From Candidatus Sumerlaeota bacterium (GTDB lineage: Bacteria > Sumerlaeota > Sumerlaeia > SLMS01), in assembly GCA_020850785.1 (NCBI GenBank), contig JADZDZ010000073.1, forward strand, positions 1 to 39,890: a stretch of 39,890 nucleotides of DNA. The letters are read 5' to 3'. Every line of letters starts with the position of its first letter. Position 1 is the first letter of the stretch. The notes beneath the pieces are model-generated. The model was not told the DNA's origin. It did not search any database and saw only the letters and a program-made list of their open reading frames with translations. Made by a program: the position numbers and the translations under genes. This document shows positions 33,841 through 39,890 of the stretch, piece by piece.

Positions 33841-34607
33841 AAGGCATCATCCTCGCCGGTGGTCTCGGCACGCGACTTTATCCGCTGACGAAAATCACCA
33901 ACAAGCACCTGCTTCCCGTGTACAACCGGCCCATGATTCACTGGCCGATCCTGTCGCTGGTGGAAGCCGGTGTGCGCGACATCATGATCGTCACGGGCGG
34001 AAATTTCGCCGGCGCGTTCCTGCAACTGCTCGGCAACGGGAAGGAATTCGGCCTCAAGGACATTCACTACACCTATCAGGAAGGCGAGGGAGGCATCGCG
34101 CAGGCGCTGTCGTTGACGGAAAATTTCGTCGATCGCGACAAGTGCGTCGTGATCCTCGGTGACAATGTGCTCGAAAAAAGCATCAAGCCAAGCGTCGATC
34201 AATTCCGTCGGCAGGAGAAGGGCGCGCGCATCCTGCTGCGCGAAGTTCCCGATCCGGAACGCTTCGGCGTCGCGGAGCTTGATGCGAAGGGGAACATCGT
34301 CGGCATCGTTGAAAAGCCGAAGGAACCGAAGAGCAACTACGCCGTCACCGGCGTCTACATGTATGACGAAATGGTTTGGGACGTCGTGAAGACGTTGAAG
34401 CCGAGCGGCCGCGGCGAGTTGGAAATCACCGACGTGAACAACGCCTACCTGAAGGCGGGAACCCTTCAGCACAGCATCATGGATGGCTGGTGGACGGATG
34501 CGGGACAGTTTGAATCGCTGCTGCGCGCCAACAATCTGGTGGCGGAACGGGAGGAGCGCGAATCCTTCGCCTCCTTCCTTCCCAAAGACACCGCCGCGAA
34601 GAAATAA
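33837..34607 (+). CDS. Sugar-1-phosphate nucleotidylyltransferase (short-form glucose-1-phosphate thymidylyltransferase-like)
   Basis: 256 aa. MKGIILAGGLGTRLYPLT (GxGTRLxPxT), ..LGDNV.., ..EKPKEPKSNYAVTGVYMY... ATGA overlap with the GT2 stop. Confidence 0.85.
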   Translation: MKGIILAGGLGTRLYPLTKITNKHLLPVYNRPMIHWPILSLVEAGVRDIMIVTGGNFAGAFLQLLGNGKEFGLKDIHYTYQEGEGGIAQALSLTENFVDRDKCVVILGDNVLEKSIKPSVDQFRRQEKGARILLREVPDPERFGVAELDAKGNIVGIVEKPKEPKSNYAVTGVYMYDEMVWDVVKTLKPSGRGELEITDVNNAYLKAGTLQHSIMDGWWTDAGQFESLLRANNLVAEREERESFASFLPKDTAAKK

Positions 34608-34615
34608 CAGCGCCA

Positions 34616-35851
34616 GTGCAGCCGCTCCGCATCCACGTCCTCGCGGAGCCGCCGCTTGCGGACGCGGAACGGCGTGCGCTTGCGGCGCTGCTGCTGCGGA
34701 CGCGCCTCCCCATCGAGATCACCGGTGCGAAGTCCGCGCGCCTTGAGCTTTCCGTCGATGGTCCGCCGGGCCGGGCCATCGTCGTCGCGCGCGCCGATTT
34801 GGCAGCCATCGGAGGGCACCTGAACGGCGAGGCGGAAAAAAATCTTCCCCGCGATGCGCATCAGCGGCCGCTGCCTCCCTCCGCGCCGGGCACTCCCGTT
34901 GTGGACGAAATGGGCTGGTCGTTGCGCGATCAGATCATCGCCAAATTTCCCGAATATGGGTCGAAGCCGCCGGACTGGCGATTCTGCCTGACCTTCGATC
35001 TTGATTCCGCAGGAATGTTTCACGGCACCAATTCCTGGCACAGCTTTCGGCAACTTCCGAAGCAGCCCGCGAAGTACGTCGAATTCCTACGCTCCGGATT
35101 TACGACGGCCATCGGCACCGCGCCCGACCCGCACCTTCCCTTCGATTTTCTGCTGAAGCTGATAAAGGTTCAGGCCATCCCGGCGACCTTCCTCGTGCAG
35201 ACCCACCGCGAGCACAAGCTCGACAGCTATGACCTCGCGAAGGCGGGGGCGCTGCGCAACGCCATCAAGGATGCCCTTGCCGACAACCATGCGGTTGGCC
35301 TTCACAGCAGCTACGCAACGCGCGACCGGGACGGTGATTTTTTTCAGGAGCAGTGGAAGCGGCTGCGTGATATTTTTGGAGGCGCCGTGCAGGATGTTCA
35401 TCGCGCGCACTATCTGCGCACGCCCGACGATTTTTCCAGCTACGCGGGCGCCGCGCATATGGTCGATTCCTCGCTCATGTACAGCCCCCACAATGGCTTT
35501 CGCCGCGGCACATCGCTCCCATTCCGCGTAAATGACCGCATCGTGGAAGTCCCCCCGTTGGTCATGGACACCACGCTGCGATATCAGGAAAAACTCGACC
35601 ACAATCAGGCGCTGGCGGCTTCCCTTGCCTTGATGGCGGAGGTGAAGAAGCATGGTGGTGTGTTCACAATCATTTGGCACCCGCACAACCTCAACAACCT
35701 GACGTGGGAAGGTTGGGCGAAAGTCCTGTTTTCCATCATCGGCGAGGCGAAACGCCAAGGTGCCCGGTTTCAAACGCTTGCGGACGCCGCGCGCGACTTG
35801 CAGGATCACGGGGACGAAATGGAGCGCGCGCTCGCCACAGCCCCCCGATGA
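34616..35851 (+). CDS. Hypothetical protein, polysaccharide-deacetylase (NodB/CE4)-like C-terminal domain
   Basis: 411 aa, GTG start. ..FCLTFDLDS.. (resembles NodB motif 1), ..VGLHSSY.., ..RAHYLR.., ..IIWHPHN... The N-terminal ~130 aa belong to no family I recognise. The family call is tentative. Confidence 0.45.
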   Translation: MQPLRIHVLAEPPLADAERRALAALLLRTRLPIEITGAKSARLELSVDGPPGRAIVVARADLAAIGGHLNGEAEKNLPRDAHQRPLPPSAPGTPVVDEMGWSLRDQIIAKFPEYGSKPPDWRFCLTFDLDSAGMFHGTNSWHSFRQLPKQPAKYVEFLRSGFTTAIGTAPDPHLPFDFLLKLIKVQAIPATFLVQTHREHKLDSYDLAKAGALRNAIKDALADNHAVGLHSSYATRDRDGDFFQEQWKRLRDIFGGAVQDVHRAHYLRTPDDFSSYAGAAHMVDSSLMYSPHNGFRRGTSLPFRVNDRIVEVPPLVMDTTLRYQEKLDHNQALAASLALMAEVKKHGGVFTIIWHPHNLNNLTWEGWAKVLFSIIGEAKRQGARFQTLADAARDLQDHGDEMERALATAPR

Positions 35852-36456
35852 TCGACCCGACGGTAAAAATTCATCCCAGCGCCTTCGTTGATGAGCCATG
35901 CACCATTGGCGCGGGAACGCGCGTGTGGCATTTCTGCCACGTTCGCGAGGAAAGCATCATCGGCCCCAACTGCCAGCTTGGCCAGGGGTGCTACGTTGGG
36001 CGCGGCGTGCGAATCGGCGCCGGCTGCAAGCTGCAGAACAACGTGTCCCTCTATGAGGAGGTTACGTTGGAGGAGGAGGTCTTTTGCGGCCCCAGTTGTG
36101 TGTTCACCAACGTCACGAATCCGCGCGCGGCCATTGAGCGAAAGCACGAGTTCAAGCCGACGATCGTCCGGCGCGGCGCCACCATTGGCGCAAACGCCAC
36201 CATCCTTTGCGGCACCACGATCGGGCGTTGGGCGCTGATCGGCGCAGGTGCCCTTGTGCGCCAGGATGTTCAGGATTTCGCCCTCATGGTGGGCGTGCCC
36301 GCGCGCCGCATCGGTTGGGTGAGCATCAACGGCGACACGCTGCCATCCCTTCTCGTCGGTGATGTCTATACATGCCCCGCGGACGGATCGCAGTATCGAC
36401 TTACGCGTGCGAACCTGCTTGAACTCATCACGCCGGAGCCGCCCGTCCGCCGATGA
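35848..36456 (+). CDS. Left-handed beta-helix N-acetyltransferase (WbpD/WlbB/QdtC-like)
   Basis: 202 aa from ATG 35848 (ATGA overlap). MIDPTVKIHPSAFV.. is followed by hexapeptide repeats (IGAGTRV, IGPNCQL, IGAGCKL, IGANATI, IGAGALV). The track's upstream extension from 35674 was rejected. Confidence 0.85.
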   Translation: MIDPTVKIHPSAFVDEPCTIGAGTRVWHFCHVREESIIGPNCQLGQGCYVGRGVRIGAGCKLQNNVSLYEEVTLEEEVFCGPSCVFTNVTNPRAAIERKHEFKPTIVRRGATIGANATILCGTTIGRWALIGAGALVRQDVQDFALMVGVPARRIGWVSINGDTLPSLLVGDVYTCPADGSQYRLTRANLLELITPEPPVRR

Positions 36457-37493
36457 CCAGCACCGTGCCGATCTCCGTCGCTGTTTGTGGCCTTGGCGAA
36501 TGGGGCCCGAACCTGCTTCGCAACCTGATGCAGAATGGTGACTGTCGCGTCACGGTGTTGTGCGACCGCGACAGGGCCCGCGCCGCCGAGTATGCGAAGA
36601 CGCACAACATCAGGTCCGTTTACGAGTCGGTCGATGACGTCGCGCTCGATCCCTACGTGGATGCGGTGGTGCTTGCGACGCCTGCCGGCGTTCATGAGGA
36701 GCAGGTGCGAACGCTTCTTGAATCCGGGAAGGACGTGCTTGTCGAAAAGCCGCTCGCGCTCACGCTCGATGGCGCACGTGAACTTGTGAAGCTTGCGCGC
36801 GCGAAGGAACGCGTGCTCATGCCGGGGCACACGTTCCTCTTCAACCCCGCCGTTCGCCGCGTGAAGCGCGAACTCAACAATGGCACGCTGGGAAAGCTGA
36901 ACCTCATTCTCGCGCAGCGCATGTCGCTCGGCCGCGTGCGCGAGGATTGCAACGCGCTCTGGAACCTCGCGCCCCATGACATCTCCATCCTGCTTTACTG
37001 GCTGAACAAGATGCCCATCTCCGTCACCGCGCGGGGCACCGCATTCCACGAAGGCTACACGCAGGAGGACATCGCCCTCTGCATTCTGGAATTTCCCGGC
37101 ACCATCGCCTCCGTGCAGGTCAGTTGGATGAATCCCGTGAAGGTCCGCCAGATGACGCTCGTCGGGTCGCAGCGCATGCTCATTTACGACGATGTTGCGC
37201 GCGAACACCCGCTTACGCTCTTCGATCAACGCATTGAGCAGGTTCCGCGCTCCCGCGGCGAAGGCACCATGGAGGAGTTCACGCTGCGCGCCCGCCGCGG
37301 ACCCGAAACTTCCATCGCCATCGACCAGAAGGAACCGCTTGCGGAGGAGGTCAGCCATTTCCTCGCCTGTGTTCGCTCCCGCGAAGAACCCATCGGTGGC
37401 GGCGAGCAGGCCCTTCGCATCATGAGCGTCCTCGAAGCATGCCAACGTTCGCTGCGAAATGGCGGGCAGGCCACGCAGCCGGAGGTGATATGA
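36453..37493 (+). CDS. Gfo/Idh/MocA-family NAD(P)-dependent sugar oxidoreductase (WbpB/GnnA-like)
   Basis: 346 aa. N-terminal Rossmann VAVCGLGEWGPN and the EKPLALT motif. ATGA overlap with the acetyltransferase stop. Confidence 0.85.
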   Translation: MTSTVPISVAVCGLGEWGPNLLRNLMQNGDCRVTVLCDRDRARAAEYAKTHNIRSVYESVDDVALDPYVDAVVLATPAGVHEEQVRTLLESGKDVLVEKPLALTLDGARELVKLARAKERVLMPGHTFLFNPAVRRVKRELNNGTLGKLNLILAQRMSLGRVREDCNALWNLAPHDISILLYWLNKMPISVTARGTAFHEGYTQEDIALCILEFPGTIASVQVSWMNPVKVRQMTLVGSQRMLIYDDVAREHPLTLFDQRIEQVPRSRGEGTMEEFTLRARRGPETSIAIDQKEPLAEEVSHFLACVRSREEPIGGGEQALRIMSVLEACQRSLRNGGQATQPEVI

Positions 37494-38623
37494 AAGCCAT
37501 TCCCTTCCTCGATCTTCAAACACTCCATGCCTCCATCGCCGGCGAGTTGAACGACGCCATGGCGAAGGTGATGCAGCACGGCCAATTCATCATGGGGCCG
37601 GAGGTTCGCCGCTTCGAACATCAGTTCGCAAACTTCACGGGCGCCCGCGCCGCCATCGGCTGCGCCAACGGAACCGCCGCGCTGCACGCCGCGCTTTGTG
37701 CTCTGGAAGTCGGCCCCGGCAAGGAGGTCATCCTTCCGTCCCACACGTTCATCGCCACTGCGGAAGCTGTGCTTCTTACGGGGGCGCGCCCCGTGTTTGT
37801 CGAGGTGGATGAGGAAACGATGCTCATTGATCCCGCAAAGGTTCGCGCCGCCTTCTCTGCGCGCACCGCAGCGATCATCGCAGTCCACCTTTATGGAATG
37901 CCGTGCGACATGGATGCGCTTCGCGCGGTCGCAGCGGAACGCAATGTGCCCATCGCGGAGGACGCCGCGCAGGCCCACGGTTCCACCTACAAGAAGAAAC
38001 AGGCGGGCACGCTGGGCGCCGTCGCCTCCTTCAGTTTTTTTCCCGGCAAGAACCTCGGAGCCTTTGGCGATGCGGGCGCCGTGACGACGAATGATCCGAC
38101 GCTGGCGCGCACGCTTCGCCTCTACGTGAACCATGGGCGCGAGGCGAAGTTCGAGCACCTCATCGTCGGAAACAATTACCGGTTGGATACCGTGCAGGCT
38201 GCGGTGCTTGGCGTGAAGTTGCGCCACTTGGAAAACTGGAACCTCCAGCGCCAGCGCCTTGCCGCGCGCTACCTTGAACACTTTTCGCAGGAACCCTTCG
38301 CCTCGTTCCCGGTGCGTGTGCAGGCCGCTCCCGCAGGGGCCGCATCAACCTACCACCTCATGGTTGTGCGGATTCCCCGCCGCGATGAAATCATGGATGA
38401 ACTGCACAAGCGTGGCGTGCCGACGGGATTGCACTACCCGATTCCCTGCCACTTGCAGCCCGCACTGCGTGAGCTCAGCGACGGTCCCGGTTCCCTTGTG
38501 GTGACGGAGAAAATCGCGCAGCAGGTGCTCAGCCTCCCCATGTGCCCAACCTTCACGCTCGATGACGTTGATCGCATCTGCGACATCTTCCGCGCCGTGA
38601 TCATTCATTCGAAAGCGAGATGA
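37490..38623 (+). CDS. DegT/DnrJ/EryC1/StrS-family PLP-dependent sugar aminotransferase
   Basis: 377 aa from ATG 37490 (GGAGGTG upstream, ATGA overlap). MKAIPFLDL.., ..AEDAAQAHG.., and SFFPGKNLGAFGDAG (PLP-Lys motif). Confidence 0.9.
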   Translation: MKAIPFLDLQTLHASIAGELNDAMAKVMQHGQFIMGPEVRRFEHQFANFTGARAAIGCANGTAALHAALCALEVGPGKEVILPSHTFIATAEAVLLTGARPVFVEVDEETMLIDPAKVRAAFSARTAAIIAVHLYGMPCDMDALRAVAAERNVPIAEDAAQAHGSTYKKKQAGTLGAVASFSFFPGKNLGAFGDAGAVTTNDPTLARTLRLYVNHGREAKFEHLIVGNNYRLDTVQAAVLGVKLRHLENWNLQRQRLAARYLEHFSQEPFASFPVRVQAAPAGAASTYHLMVVRIPRRDEIMDELHKRGVPTGLHYPIPCHLQPALRELSDGPGSLVVTEKIAQQVLSLPMCPTFTLDDVDRICDIFRAVIIHSKAR

Positions 38624-39654
38624 CAATGCAGGAGACGTGGATCGTTACCGGCGGCGCAGGATTCATCGGCAGCAACTTCGTTCGTCTGGCGCTGGCGGAA
38701 AACTGGTGTGCGAAGGTCGTTGTTTTTGATGCGCTCACCTACGCGGGGAACCTCGACAACCTGCAACCGTATCTGGAATCGGATTCACGTCTGGTCTTCG
38801 TTCGTGGCGACGTGGCCAACGCGGGGGATGTCGAGAAGGTTTTTGCCGATCACAAGCCCCACCGCGTCTTCCACTTCGCGGCGGAATCGCACGTTGATCG
38901 CAGCATCCAGAATTCGGCCCCCTTTGTCATCACCAACGTCCTCGGCACCCAGCTTCTCCTCTCCGCGGCGCGGAAGCACGAAACGAAACGCTTCCTCCTC
39001 GTGTCCACCGATGAAGTTTACGGCGCGCTGCCGCTAAACTCCGCCGACAAGTTTCACGAGAAGCGTCCCTACTGCCCCAGCTCCCCTTACGCGGCCAGCA
39101 AGGCTTCGGCGGATTTTCTCGCGCTCGCCGCGTTCCATACCTACGGGCAGGATGTCGTCATCACCAACTGCTCAAACAACTACGGGCCCTATCAGTTTCC
39201 GGAGAAACTGATCCCGTTGATGATCATGAACGCACTGAAGGGCGAACAGCTTCCCGTCTACGGCGATGGTCTTTATGTGCGCGACTGGATCCACGTGGAG
39301 GATCAGTGCCGCGCGGTAAGGTTGTGCGGCCTTGAGGGAAAATCCGGCGAGACTTACTGCATCGGCTCCGACAACGAGCAGCCCAACATCGCCGTCGTGA
39401 AGATGATCCTGAAGCTCACCGGCCGCGACGAAACGCTCATCAGGTACGTCAAGGACCGCCCCGGCCACGACCGCCGCTACGCGATCGACTCCGCGAAGGT
39501 CCGCGAGCAACTTGGCTGGAAGCCGCGAATCGACTGGGGCAACGGCCTTGCGGCGACCGTGCGTTGGTACGTTGACAACGCCACGTGGCTGGATCGCATT
39601 CGCACCGGTGAATTTCAAAAATACTACGCGGAGTTATACGGCGACCGCCAGTAG
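38620..39654 (+). CDS. rfbB: dTDP-glucose 4,6-dehydratase
   Basis: 344 aa. TGGAGFIGSNF, STDEVYG, YAASKASAD (YxxxK), ..HDRRYAID... ATGA overlap with the aminotransferase stop. Confidence 0.92.
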   Translation: MTMQETWIVTGGAGFIGSNFVRLALAENWCAKVVVFDALTYAGNLDNLQPYLESDSRLVFVRGDVANAGDVEKVFADHKPHRVFHFAAESHVDRSIQNSAPFVITNVLGTQLLLSAARKHETKRFLLVSTDEVYGALPLNSADKFHEKRPYCPSSPYAASKASADFLALAAFHTYGQDVVITNCSNNYGPYQFPEKLIPLMIMNALKGEQLPVYGDGLYVRDWIHVEDQCRAVRLCGLEGKSGETYCIGSDNEQPNIAVVKMILKLTGRDETLIRYVKDRPGHDRRYAIDSAKVREQLGWKPRIDWGNGLAATVRWYVDNATWLDRIRTGEFQKYYAELYGDRQ

Positions 39655-39707
39655 GCGGGGCTCGGTGATTCGGCGTGACGAATCCCGCCGCGCAAACGTT
39701 CTGACTC

Positions 39708-39741
39708 AAAAAAATGGGCGGCTGATTTCTCAGCCGCCCAT
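39708..39741 (-). terminator. Intrinsic terminator between convergent genes (strong on minus strand, may also stop rfbB transcripts)
   Basis: A 12-bp stem, ATGGGCGGCTGA (39714..39725) paired with TCAGCCGCCCAT (39730..39741), with a TTTC loop. A plus-strand A7 run (39708..39714) gives a U-tract on the minus strand. Confidence 0.8.
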
Positions 39742-39785
39742 TCCGTTGGTTTCACTTTTCAGCCCTTCAAACTGCGAACCTTCCC

Positions 39786-39890
39786 TCAGTTCTCCTGCGA
39801 CTTGATGCGCATTCCGTAGAACGAGCGCCACACGAAGAAGGCCGCGATCACAAAGAAGACAATCGCCGCGCCCATCTTGATGCTTTCCGG
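39786..39890 (-). CDS. 3' end of a membrane-protein gene (partial, start beyond window)
   Basis: My own translation of the minus strand gives ..PESIKMGAAIVFFVIAAFFVWRSFYGMRIKSQEN*. It contains a hydrophobic helix, has its stop at 39786..39788, and is followed by the terminator. Too short to name. Confidence 0.4.
   Translation of the reverse strand, partial: PESIKMGAAIVFFVIAAFFVWRSFYGMRIKSQEN

Noticed and set aside
1-39890. Search for tRNA/rRNA genes, CRISPR arrays, transposases, integrases, toxin-antitoxin pairs or defence-system hallmarks (nucleases, helicases, methyltransferase pairs)
   Set aside because: By eye I found no regularly spaced direct repeats, no tRNA-like T-arm/acceptor patterns in the intergenic regions, and no ORF with recombinase, transposase or defence-type motifs. 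The gene content is chromosomal housekeeping plus the tad and glycan loci.

Overview
GC-rich bacterial chromosomal window, densely coded. I found no tRNA, rRNA, CRISPR array, transposase or integrase. There are three blocks. (1) 1..11.9 kb, minus strand: a Tad/Flp-type pilus locus in the order flp, A24 prepilin peptidase, cpaB, cpaC secretin, cpaF ATPase, tadB, tadC. It is non-canonical. No TadZ/CpaE, TadD or minor-pilin genes are visible. Instead, four FHA (phosphothreonine-reader) domains are spread over three genes: an FHA-CpaF fusion, an FHA-TM-periplasmic protein, and a tandem-FHA membrane protein. The last one runs off the window edge and is missing from the supplied ORF track. The CpaF linker carries tandem repeats, each with an A-T-[MV]-[QE]-[YI] motif that looks like a pThr-x-x-Y/I FHA ligand. 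This is the best candidate for an undescribed system. (2) 12.2..31.5 kb: housekeeping genes (ald, rsmB, bcp, yicC, M32 carboxypeptidase, rnd, UDG-family protein, aroA, glycerate kinase, pepF, pgl, opcA-like, FAD oxidoreductase) interspersed with several envelope proteins of unknown function. (3) 31.6..39.7 kb: a Kdo/InaA-type kinase gene lies divergent from a tightly coupled 8-gene nucleotide-sugar/glycan operon: TPR, ArnC/GtrB-like GT2, sugar-1-P nucleotidyltransferase, deacetylase-like protein, LbH N-acetyltransferase, Gfo/Idh/MocA oxidoreductase, DegT aminotransferase, dTDP-glucose 4,6-dehydratase. Many long ORFs in the track are antisense shadow ORFs typical of GC-rich DNA and were rejected. 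All functional calls come from motif recognition by eye; no database search was run.
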